From: Bacteriovoracaceae bacterium | GTDB taxonomy: Bacteria; Bdellovibrionota; Bacteriovoracia; Bacteriovoracales; Bacteriovoracaceae | Direction of reading: 5' to 3' | Assembly (NCBI GenBank): GCA_048270185.1 | Contig: JBLWTJ010000005.1 | Location: forward strand, 1-64,000 | Length of the DNA stretch: 64,000 nt | Shown: positions 1 to 8,318 of the stretch, in pieces | Numbering within the stretch: the first letter of the stretch is position 1 | Layout of the letters: each line of letters begins with the position of its first letter | Position numbers and translations under genes: made by a program | Notes under the pieces: generated by a model | What the model saw: only the letters and a program-made list of their open reading frames with translations | Told to the model about the DNA's origin: nothing | The model's database searches: none

Positions 1-38
1 CACATAGCGCTCAAAACCCAGTAGAATACAAATTCTAG
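1..38 (+). CDS. rplM: 50S ribosomal protein L13, 3' end (partial)
   Basis: Frame from 3 reads HSAQNPVEYKF*, matching the L13 C-terminal HxAQxP motif; lies directly upstream of rpsI. Confidence 0.85.
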   Translation, partial: HSAQNPVEYKF

Positions 39-53
39 TAAGAGGTTATTATT

Positions 54-455
54 ATGGCTAAAGGAAAAACTTGGGATTCACAAGCAGTTGGTAGAAGAAA
101 ATCTTCAGTTGCTAGAGTTTATATGGCTGCAGGAACTGGTAAAGTTGTTGTTAATAATAGAGATATCAAAGAGTACTTCCCAAAAGGTACTGACAGATAT
201 GTTGTTAATCAACCACTAAACCTTCTTAAGATTGCAGATAAATACGATCTAAAAATCAACGTTACTGGTGGTGGTACTACAGGTCAAGCTGGTGCAACTC
301 GTTTAGGTATTGCTAGAGCAATCCTAAAACTTAACGCTGAAGCTAGACCAGAACTTAAGGCTGCTGGATTCTTAACAAGAGATCCAAGAAAAGTTGAGAG
401 ACAAAAAGCTGGTCAAAAAGGTGCAAGAGCGAAGTACCAATTCTCAAAACGTTAA
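54..455 (+). CDS. rpsI: 30S ribosomal protein S9
   Basis: [36 protein letters not shown]-terminus. Confidence 0.99.
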   Translation: MAKGKTWDSQAVGRRKSSVARVYMAAGTGKVVVNNRDIKEYFPKGTDRYVVNQPLNLLKIADKYDLKINVTGGGTTGQAGATRLGIARAILKLNAEARPELKAAGFLTRDPRKVERQKAGQKGARAKYQFSKR

Positions 456-484
456 GATTTATCTTACAATTTTCGCATATATCG

Positions 485-510
485 AGGGCCTGCTTTTGCG
501 GGCCCTTTTT
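485..510 (+). terminator. Intrinsic terminator of rplM-rpsI
   Basis: AGGGCCTGC/GCGGGCCCT stem followed by a T tract. Confidence 0.9.
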
Positions 511-536
511 ATTTCAACTATGTTATATTCATTTGC

Positions 537-3086
537 ATGAAATCGATCAAACTCAAGGGTGTTCGAACGAATAACCTCAAAAATATCAATGTTGAATTTC
601 CTATTAATAAGATCACTTGTGTTTCTGGTGTATCTGGATCTGGAAAGTCTTCACTTGTATTTAATACCCTGGCCAATGAATCGAAGAGAAGATTTCTAAA
701 CTCACTACCTTCTTCGATGAACTTTTTTGAAAGAGTACCAACTAGTGCAGAACTTGATTCGATATCTCCTGTACTTCCTGTTTGGAGTTTGGCGCAGAAC
801 AATCCAATTGTGGGCTCGCGACTTAATATGGCCGATCAACTTGAGATTAGTTATGAGCTGGCACAGCTCTACTTCACTCCTGCCGCAACTTCATGCCAAA
901 TTCATGCAAGAGCATTTATCGATGGTCTTGATTTAGCTGGAACACAACTAGAAGATGAGCTTACACAAGATTGCAAAGTCATTCATATCCTAATTGCAAA
1001 TGAACATTATCGCGAAAATATTAGCGGCATGCCGGCCAGAAGTTTTAATTCATCAACAAATGAAATTAATGAATTTAATGAGGCCGATGCAAATTGGGAA
1101 ATCTTTCGTTTAAAGCCTAAGAACATATCACAATTTAAGAAGAAGTGGCTGGAGCTTATAAAAGATAATAGCGTAACCCAATTTAGCGCTTTCTTTACTG
1201 GTAAAAACAAACTTACACATTTTAACTTAAATAGTACTGCTTTCTGCCCTGAATGTAATGAGGAAGGTGTTCAATCCGCCAGACAAATTGGTGACCTTCT
1301 TCCTTATAATGGAGTTGGTGCCTGTAATGAATGCAAAGGCTACGGTTCAACTCTCGCTTATGACATCAATAAGATCGTTAAATTTCCAAAAAAGAAAATT
1401 TCAGAGGGTGCTATTACTTTTTTAGAATACTCAAAATATAATGCTTATTATAAAGATTTTATTGCAGAGATAAAAAAGATAGGGATTAATCCAACAAGTA
1501 GATTTTGTGATGTTAAAGAAGATGTCATCGGTATTTTAATGGATGGACGCGGGCGATTCTATGGAGTTTTAAATTTTCTCTATGCTCTTGAAGAAAAGCG
1601 CTATAAGCGATCAGCGAGGATATTTTTAAGATCTTTACAGAGTGAAAAAAAATGTCACATATGTGATGGCAAGAGAGTTTCAAAAAGCGCACAAGTACAT
1701 ATTAGTCTTGTGGATAAACTTCCAAAATATGGTGAACTTCTTAGTTCATCTTTAACTTCATTAAGAGAAACCCTTATTAAATTAGATAAAAATATTATTG
1801 CAAAAAAGATCATTTCTAAACTTGATATAGCAATTGAAATGGGATTAGGAAAATTTAGTCTAACGACAAAACTGAAGTCACTTGAAACTAGTGAGTACCA
1901 AAAGTCATTACTTGTCCGTTATCTAAGCTTTCAAGGAAGCGGTTCTTTATTTGTACTGGATGAACCATCTTTAGGGATGACCATAAAAGAGCAAAAAATA
2001 CTTTTGAAATATCTTAAAAACCTCTCAAAAGATAATACAGTAGTTATGGTTGAGCATAGTAAATTTTTACAAGATGGGAGTGATAAGAATATTGTCATTG
2101 GCCCAGGAGCCGGTCATCTTGGTGGGGATGTCGTTGAATCGATCGATACTAAAAACAAACCTGAATTTAAGCCTGAGAAAGTAAATTATAAGAAACTTAA
2201 CAAGCTAACTTTTAAGAATATAAAATTTGAAAATAAGAAGTATAAGAAAATTGAGTTTGCACTAGGAGCAATTAATCAGGTTCAAACTGAGTTAGATTCC
2301 TTTGATAAAAGACTAATTATTAATGCCCTCTTTAATGAATTAAACGAAGATTTATTTAAAGAAAAATATAATTTTGAAACAAATTATGAAATTGGTGAAA
2401 TTGCGCTTCAATCAAATATTGATGATATTCACATTTATGAAACTCGAGTAGAGAAGTCTACTGGACGCTCAACAGTTGGAACTGCTCTTGATTTAATTGG
2501 CCATGTCCGTAACTATTTTACGAAACTTCCTGTTTCAAAATCTTTAGGGCTAGAGAAAGGACATTTTTCTAAAAACTCTAAAGCTGGGCAGTGCTCTGTG
2601 TGTGAAGGTAAAGGTATTCAAGAAGTTGATATGCAATTTCTTGAAGATGTGACATTTGCTTGTGAAGAATGTGCAGGTACAGGACTTAAGAAATTCTATG
2701 CAACTATTACAGATGGAAAGTACACAATTATTGATGCTTGTAATACACCTATTAGTGAACTCTTTGAAACGCTACCAACAACACCAAAGATAAAGAGAAC
2801 AATCGACTATTTAAAATTACTTAATCTCGATTACTTAACTCTTGATCGAACAATTCCATCTCTTTCTGGTGGAGAAAGATTGCGAGTAAAGCTTCTACGG
2901 GCCATTGATAAGAAGGTTAAAAATTCCATTATTGTCATGACTAATATTTCTTATGGATTATCTGTCAACGAGCTCAATTCAATTTGTGAGCTTTTAGAAG
3001 GACTAACACAAGAATCGAATACGATTATTCTTCTTGATAACCATGAGATATTCAATAATTTCAATAAGATAGAACTTGAGTCGTAA
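537..3086 (+). CDS. Divergent UvrA-like ABC ATPase with one degenerate ATP site
   Basis: NNLKNINV and GVSGSGKSS, LDEPSLG, CxxC zinc pairs, C-terminal LSGGE; second Walker A/B absent. Confidence 0.85.
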   Translation: MKSIKLKGVRTNNLKNINVEFPINKITCVSGVSGSGKSSLVFNTLANESKRRFLNSLPSSMNFFERVPTSAELDSISPVLPVWSLAQNNPIVGSRLNMADQLEISYELAQLYFTPAATSCQIHARAFIDGLDLAGTQLEDELTQDCKVIHILIANEHYRENISGMPARSFNSSTNEINEFNEADANWEIFRLKPKNISQFKKKWLELIKDNSVTQFSAFFTGKNKLTHFNLNSTAFCPECNEEGVQSARQIGDLLPYNGVGACNECKGYGSTLAYDINKIVKFPKKKISEGAITFLEYSKYNAYYKDFIAEIKKIGINPTSRFCDVKEDVIGILMDGRGRFYGVLNFLYALEEKRYKRSARIFLRSLQSEKKCHICDGKRVSKSAQVHISLVDKLPKYGELLSSSLTSLRETLIKLDKNIIAKKIISKLDIAIEMGLGKFSLTTKLKSLETSEYQKSLLVRYLSFQGSGSLFVLDEPSLGMTIKEQKILLKYLKNLSKDNTVVMVEHSKFLQDGSDKNIVIGPGAGHLGGDVVESIDTKNKPEFKPEKVNYKKLNKLTFKNIKFENKKYKKIEFALGAINQVQTELDSFDKRLIINALFNELNEDLFKEKYNFETNYEIGEIALQSNIDDIHIYETRVEKSTGRSTVGTALDLIGHVRNYFTKLPVSKSLGLEKGHFSKNSKAGQCSVCEGKGIQEVDMQFLEDVTFACEECAGTGLKKFYATITDGKYTIIDACNTPISELFETLPTTPKIKRTIDYLKLLNLDYLTLDRTIPSLSGGERLRVKLLRAIDKKVKNSIIVMTNISYGLSVNELNSICELLEGLTQESNTIILLDNHEIFNNFNKIELES

Positions 3087-3088
3087 GC

Positions 3089-3115
3089 TAAAGTATTTCG
3101 CTAAATAACCGATAA
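3089..3115 (+). promoter_or_regulatory. Putative sigma28/FliA promoter
   Basis: TAAAGTAT-N11-ACCGATAA, ending 7 nt before the ATG at 3123. Confidence 0.7.
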
Positions 3116-3122
3116 GATTGCT

Positions 3123-3809
3123 ATGGTAAAGACCCTTCTGCAATCTATTCTATGCTTACTTTCTTTTTCAATTCTTGCTCAAGAGCTTTTGCAGGTTCCT
3201 ATCAATAAGCAATTATCTGAATCGAATGCCATTATCATGGGTGAGTTTCAAGGCAGCTATACCAAGAAACATAGTAATGGAGAAGTTGTGACAAATGTTT
3301 CTTTTAAATTAGAAAAGTCACTAGGGCTTGGTAGTCGTGAACTTCTTAATAAAAACTCCTTTTCGTTTGTCTATAAAGGTGGAGTTTGGCAAGGAATTGA
3401 ATACCCTAATAAGAATCAACCACGTTTTAGAGTTGGCGAAAAATATATTGTACTGCTGAGAAAGGGACAATATGATTTTTACCCACTGTACGATAAACTG
3501 GGCGTTTACAAAGTTCTTGGGCGTAAAGGTGAAGAGTTAGTTGTCTCTCAGGCCTTTCCAAATAATGATAATTTCGGTTCGAGTTCTTTTCGAACATTTA
3601 ATCTTTGGGTTAATTCTGTCTTTGGTGAAGAGCTAAAAGGAATTAGCAGCGATAAGCATATTTATGTCACTACAAAAAAGCAGCAACGTAAAATAGCTTC
3701 TCTTGAAAGTGAAGAGGCAAACCGTAATCAATATCGTATTCCTATTATGTGGCTTGTTGTACTATTTGGATTACTAGGTGCAGCACATATGCGTAAAACA
3801 AAAGCCTAA
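3123..3809 (+). CDS. Exported hypothetical protein with C-terminal membrane anchor
   Basis: N-terminal signal peptide; C-terminal IMWLVVLFGLLGAA followed by a basic tail. Confidence 0.8.
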   Translation: MVKTLLQSILCLLSFSILAQELLQVPINKQLSESNAIIMGEFQGSYTKKHSNGEVVTNVSFKLEKSLGLGSRELLNKNSFSFVYKGGVWQGIEYPNKNQPRFRVGEKYIVLLRKGQYDFYPLYDKLGVYKVLGRKGEELVVSQAFPNNDNFGSSSFRTFNLWVNSVFGEELKGISSDKHIYVTTKKQQRKIASLESEEANRNQYRIPIMWLVVLFGLLGAAHMRKTKA

Positions 3810-3882
3810 TTATCTAAATTTACTATTCTTTTTTCACGAGCAATTTAGTAAAATTTAACAAGATATCCCATGGAAGGTAAAT

Positions 3883-4365
3883 ATGAAGATTTTAAAAGTA
3901 CTTTTGTTAATTTCAATTTTCTCATTAGGGCATAAGGCCTATTCACAAGATCTACTAAACGAAAGAATTCGTAAGATTCCTGATAAGAAAAGATCGATCT
4001 ATTTTGGTAAGGGAATTTTCCATTCAACTAATAGTAATACTGATTCTGTTCTAAAGTCCATTAGACATGGAAATGGTTCAAGTCGTGGTTTCGAAAGACT
4101 GGTTTTTGACTTTAAAACAGATGAAGCTCCACGTGTTTATGGATACAAAAGTCAGAAAGAAAATAAAATATACGTGGATTTCTTCAAGACCAAACTAGAT
4201 AAGAAAGTTGGTTCTTTTGGGACATCTAAATTAGTTAAGAAAGTTGATTTTTATCCAGTTGGTCAAGACACTCTTTCTGCTGAGCTTGTAATTGATGGCC
4301 AACACTCAATAGATGTATTTACACTAAAGAATCCAGGACGACTGGTAATTGATATTAAAAAATAA
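3883..4365 (+). CDS. AMIN-domain periplasmic protein
   Basis: Signal peptide; ERLVFDF and FTLKNPGRLVIDI AMIN-like motifs. Confidence 0.75.
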   Translation: MKILKVLLLISIFSLGHKAYSQDLLNERIRKIPDKKRSIYFGKGIFHSTNSNTDSVLKSIRHGNGSSRGFERLVFDFKTDEAPRVYGYKSQKENKIYVDFFKTKLDKKVGSFGTSKLVKKVDFYPVGQDTLSAELVIDGQHSIDVFTLKNPGRLVIDIKK

Positions 4366-4377
4366 TTGTGAGTTAAA

Positions 4378-6864
4378 ATGAACGAATACGAAGAATACAA
4401 TGTCCAAATTAAAGAATCGCCATCTGAAGAGAACTTCCCGGATGACGTTGTAATAATCCCTATTATGAATAGCCCAATCTTCCCTGGAATGATTGCGCCA
4501 ATCATTTTAACTGAAGACAAATTCACTGCTGAATTAGACGAGTATTTAATCAAGAATGGTTATCTTGCTCTGAATCTCGTTAAGAACGACTTAAAGAATG
4601 AAGAAGGTGAGATAGATCCAAGTATTCAAGATGATCTTGATTCTCGTGAGATCACATCAAAAGATATCTATAAAGTCGGTGTTCTTTGTAAGGTTGTTAA
4701 AAGATTAAAACTACCAGACGGTTCAGTTAACGTTCTTGTTCATGGTATCAAACGCTATCGTGCTTCTGACATCTATGAGCAATCACCACTGCTTCGTGCA
4801 AAATATGAAGTCTTTGATGATATTTTAGAAGAGGATGAAGAACTTGATGCGTATACTCGCTCTATTATCAATCAAGTTAAAAAGCTTAGTGAAGTAAATG
4901 CTTACTTCAATGAAGAAATGAAACTTGCAATGATCAACTCATCTTCACCTGGTGCACTTGCTGACTTAGTTGCCTTTGCTCTTTCTCTGGATATTCCAGA
5001 GGCTCAAGATTTCCTTGAAACACTTGTTGTAAAGAAGCGTTTTGGAAAACTTCTCGTTTATTTAAAAAGAGAAAAAGATGTTGCAGACATTCAAAAGAAA
5101 ATTTCTGATGAAGTTAATGATAAAGTTAATAAGTACCAAAGAGAGTATTTCTTAAGGGAACAACTAAAAGTAATTAAGTCTGAGCTTGGTCTGGAAGAAG
5201 ATGATAAAGCTCGTGATATTAGTAAACTAAAAGAAAGAGTTCTTGAAGCTAAATTACCTGAAGATGTTCTAAAATCCGTGAATGAAGAATTAGAGCGACT
5301 AGAAGTTATTCCTGATTCATCTCCTGAGTACAATGTTACTCGTACTTATTTAAATTGGATTGTTGATCTACCTTGGTCAAAATCAACGAATGATCATGTC
5401 GATATGGTCAAGGCCAAAAAAATTCTTGAAAAGGAACATTATGGTCTAGAAAAAGCGAAAGAAAGAATTATGGAATTCTTAGCTGTTCGTAAACTAAAGC
5501 CACAATTTGATGGAACAATTCTTTGTCTAGCAGGCCCTCCAGGTGTTGGTAAAACATCAATGGGGAAATCAATTGCAGAGTCACTAGGACGTAAGTTCTA
5601 TCGTTTCTCGCTTGGTGGTATGAGAGATGAAGCGGAAATTAAAGGACACAGAAGAACATATGTTGGTGCAATGCCAGGGCGCTTGATTCAAGCAATGAAG
5701 CGTGTTGAAGTTAATAACCCAGTAATTATGTTAGATGAAATTGATAAGTTAGGACAGTCATTCCAGGGTGATCCAGCTTCAGCACTTCTTGAAGTACTAG
5801 ATCCTGAGCAAAACCATACTTTTATCGATCACTACCTTGATGTTCCTTTTGATTTATCAAAAGTTCTATTTATTTCAACAGCTAACTATATTGGCGATAT
5901 TCCTGAGCCACTATTAGATCGTATGGAGATCATTGAGCTTAGCGGTTATACAATGGAAGAAAAACTTTCGATTGCTACTAAATGGGTTATTCCTAAGCAA
6001 ATTAAAAAGCATGGATTAGAAAAGAAAGATATTAGTCTAGGAAAAACAACTCTAAAGAAGTTAATTGAAGACTATGCTCGTGAGCCAGGTGTTCGTGTTA
6101 TGGAACAAATGGTTGCAAAACTTTGTCGTCGTGCTGCCTTAGAAAAAGTACAGGCCAAGAGACATAAAGTATTCAATCCTAAGCCAACAGATCTTGAAGA
6201 TATTCTAGGAACTGCACGCTATCAAAGTGAGAAAGCTCTTAAAAAGCTTTGCCCAGGTATGACAACAGGTCTTGCTTGGACAGGCTATGGTGGAGATATT
6301 CTCTATATTGAAACTCTTTCTCTTAATGGTAAAGGCTTCAAGTTAACTGGTCAGCTTGGTGACGTTATGAACGAATCAGCTAACCTTGCATATAGCTATG
6401 TTAAGCAACTACTTCAAAATGAAATGGATGAGTATTTCAAGATGAAGCCAAAGAGAAAACTAAGTGATGAGAACGAAGAAGATGAGATGGAAGATTTCTT
6501 ATCTGATCGTGAGGTTCACTTACACTTACCAGCTGGTGCAACTCCAAAAGATGGCCCGAGTGCTGGTATTACAATGGCCTTAGCTTTATACTCTCTTGCC
6601 CACAACGTAACAATCAAGAGTAATCTTGCGATGACAGGTGAGTTATCTCTTACAGGAAAAGTTCTTCCTGTTGGTGGGATCAAGGAAAAAGTATTAGCAG
6701 CGAAGAGAGCAGGTATTACAAATATTATGCTTCCAATCGATAATGAAAAGGATTTAAAAGAAGTTCCAGAAAGACATAGAAAGGGAATGAAGTTTTATCC
6801 AGTCGCTCATTTTGATGAAGTGCTAAAAATTGCACTACCGAAGTTTAAGCCAAAATTCAAATAA
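4378..6864 (+). CDS. lon: ATP-dependent Lon protease (paralog 1)
   Basis: GPPGVGKTS, LDEIDK, RGHRRTY-like KGHRRTYVGA, PKDGPSAG, GGIKEK. Confidence 0.97.
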   Translation: MNEYEEYNVQIKESPSEENFPDDVVIIPIMNSPIFPGMIAPIILTEDKFTAELDEYLIKNGYLALNLVKNDLKNEEGEIDPSIQDDLDSREITSKDIYKVGVLCKVVKRLKLPDGSVNVLVHGIKRYRASDIYEQSPLLRAKYEVFDDILEEDEELDAYTRSIINQVKKLSEVNAYFNEEMKLAMINSSSPGALADLVAFALSLDIPEAQDFLETLVVKKRFGKLLVYLKREKDVADIQKKISDEVNDKVNKYQREYFLREQLKVIKSELGLEEDDKARDISKLKERVLEAKLPEDVLKSVNEELERLEVIPDSSPEYNVTRTYLNWIVDLPWSKSTNDHVDMVKAKKILEKEHYGLEKAKERIMEFLAVRKLKPQFDGTILCLAGPPGVGKTSMGKSIAESLGRKFYRFSLGGMRDEAEIKGHRRTYVGAMPGRLIQAMKRVEVNNPVIMLDEIDKLGQSFQGDPASALLEVLDPEQNHTFIDHYLDVPFDLSKVLFISTANYIGDIPEPLLDRMEIIELSGYTMEEKLSIATKWVIPKQIKKHGLEKKDISLGKTTLKKLIEDYAREPGVRVMEQMVAKLCRRAALEKVQAKRHKVFNPKPTDLEDILGTARYQSEKALKKLCPGMTTGLAWTGYGGDILYIETLSLNGKGFKLTGQLGDVMNESANLAYSYVKQLLQNEMDEYFKMKPKRKLSDENEEDEMEDFLSDREVHLHLPAGATPKDGPSAGITMALALYSLAHNVTIKSNLAMTGELSLTGKVLPVGGIKEKVLAAKRAGITNIMLPIDNEKDLKEVPERHRKGMKFYPVAHFDEVLKIALPKFKPKFK

Positions 6865-6897
6865 AAAAAAAGGCCCTCTTAGAGGGCCTTTTTTTTT
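6863..6897. terminator. Bidirectional terminator between lon and rpoZ
   Basis: A tract, AGGCCCTC/GAGGGCCT stem, T tract, between convergent genes. Confidence 0.92.
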
Positions 6898-6918
6898 ATT
6901 TGTAATTTTTTATTAAAT

Positions 6919-7131
6919 TTAGAATTCGTCTGAATCGTACTCGCTTACTGGAGCATGTTTAACTTTTCCAGCTGCGATTTCTCTAAGAGCAGTAACTACA
7001 TCTTTATTCTTACTCTTAACAAGTTGGTCTGCACCATCTCTTAATTGTTTTACACGCTTAGCTGTTAGGTGAACTAACTCATAACGGTTTTCAACTTTCT
7101 CTAGACAGTCTTCGATTGTAATTCTTGCCAT
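6919..7131 (-). CDS. rpoZ: RNA polymerase omega subunit
   Basis: [20 protein letters not shown]...ALREIAAGK. Confidence 0.98.
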   Translation of the reverse strand: MARITIEDCLEKVENRYELVHLTAKRVKQLRDGADQLVKSKNKDVVTALREIAAGKVKHAPVSEYDSDEF

Positions 7132-7169
7132 TTGTGCACTCCGAAAAAATTAATATAGATTAAGTTATT

Positions 7170-7198
7170 TTTATAGGACAAAGCGAGGTTTTTGTCTA
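7170..7198 (-). promoter_or_regulatory. Putative sigma70 promoter of rpoZ
   Basis: TAGACA-N17-TATAAA on the minus strand. Confidence 0.6.
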
Positions 7199-7207
7199 GT
7201 TATTGGC

Positions 7208-7230
7208 GCTAAATATTTAAAATATTTAGC
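7208..7230. repeat. Perfect 11-bp inverted repeat, candidate operator
   Basis: GCTAAATATTT-A-AAATATTTAGC in a divergent promoter region. Confidence 0.6.
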
Positions 7231-7305
7231 ATGGCCTCTCTTTCGCTATATAATTACAGCTAGTTAGACCAAGCGTGTCTGAGTTGCTATTGCACTGGAA
7301 GTGCT

Positions 7306-7545
7306 ATGAACTCAAGTGTATTTATTTTCATTGAAAACCTTAAATATCAACCTAGGGCCGATTTCTTAAAGCAGCGTTTTAGTGGAATTTGTGCTGGCCA
7401 TGAACTTAAGAATATAAATTTAAGTTTTGAAAAGGAGTCGATTGATTTGGCAATTGGTTATTATATTTTTAAGATAAGGGTACAAAAAATATGCTCTTAT
7501 ACTTTGTATGGAAGCGTTGAAAGTTTCAAATTTTTTCGAGATTAA
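7306..7545 (+). CDS. Possible small hypothetical protein
   Basis: 79-aa ORF fills the gap and ends 2 nt before the next ATG; no recognisable motif. Confidence 0.35.
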   Translation: MNSSVFIFIENLKYQPRADFLKQRFSGICAGHELKNINLSFEKESIDLAIGYYIFKIRVQKICSYTLYGSVESFKFFRD

Positions 7546-7547
7546 AT

Positions 7548-7784
7548 ATGGATTCTAATAATACAGTTGTTGAACTAGCACTTGAGGAAAGAGAATTTCT
7601 ACATGCGCTATCAAATAAAATAGCTATCGCAGATGGGATGTCTACTAAGGTTCTAAAGATGCTTGAAGCAGAAGGAGCGGATGAACAGCTTATTAGGAGA
7701 CAGCAAAAAGCTGTAAACGCTATTAAGGAACAAATCACTCTTTTAAAAGAGAGAAGATACCTACTGCATGAGAGATCTATTTAA
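7548..7784 (+). CDS. Small helical protein resembling a stand-alone HisKA/DHp domain
   Basis: REFLHALSNKIAIADG resembles an H-box, followed by a second amphipathic helix. Confidence 0.6.
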   Translation: MDSNNTVVELALEEREFLHALSNKIAIADGMSTKVLKMLEAEGADEQLIRRQQKAVNAIKEQITLLKERRYLLHERSI

Positions 7785-8178
7785 GGTTTACACTAACCTT
7801 GTCACCAACCATAAATGCCGTAATTTCTAGAATTGGTTTCTTTTCTTGTTCTTCATTATAAGTCTTTGTAATGGCAATTGAAGTATCACTGTCATGATGA
7901 ATAACTTCAAGTTGTCCTACCATCATTTTATGAGTGTAGCGCTTTTCACGGTTGTATGGATCGTTTAAAACGATAACTCGATAGACATCAAGTAGAGTTC
8001 CTACTTTGATTCCTTGTTTCTCACCCATGTTAATATAATAATTCTTCTGAATTTCTTCTACCTCATTGGTCATCGGTAGTTCGTGCTCGACTGAGTAGAT
8101 CATATAAGATTTTGCCATAACTTGAGCTTGAAAAATAAGTCCAAGAACGACGAGAATGAAATGTGCAAGAGTTTTCAT
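7777..8178 (-). CDS. Exported protein with FlgT C-terminal-like beta domain
   Basis: Start moved to MKTLAHF (SD AAGGA); signal peptide; YYINMGEKQGIKVGTLLDVYR pattern. Confidence 0.65.
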   Translation of the reverse strand: MKTLAHFILVVLGLIFQAQVMAKSYMIYSVEHELPMTNEVEEIQKNYYINMGEKQGIKVGTLLDVYRVIVLNDPYNREKRYTHKMMVGQLEVIHHDSDTSIAITKTYNEEQEKKPILEITAFMVGDKVSVNLK

Positions 8179-8230
8179 TACGTTTTCCTTTGTTGCAGTA
8201 GCATACTTTTTTACAAGCATACTGATCTAC

Positions 8231-8257
8231 TATTCGGAAAATGGAGGAAAAATTTGA
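8231..8257 (-). promoter_or_regulatory. Putative sigma28/FliA promoter
   Basis: TCAAATTT-N11-TCCGAATA on the minus strand. Confidence 0.5.
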
Positions 8258-8318
8258 TAGGGGCAGCATTAAAGAGACATGGGGGAAAAATATTCCCCCA
8301 AAATCTTGGTAAACGCTA

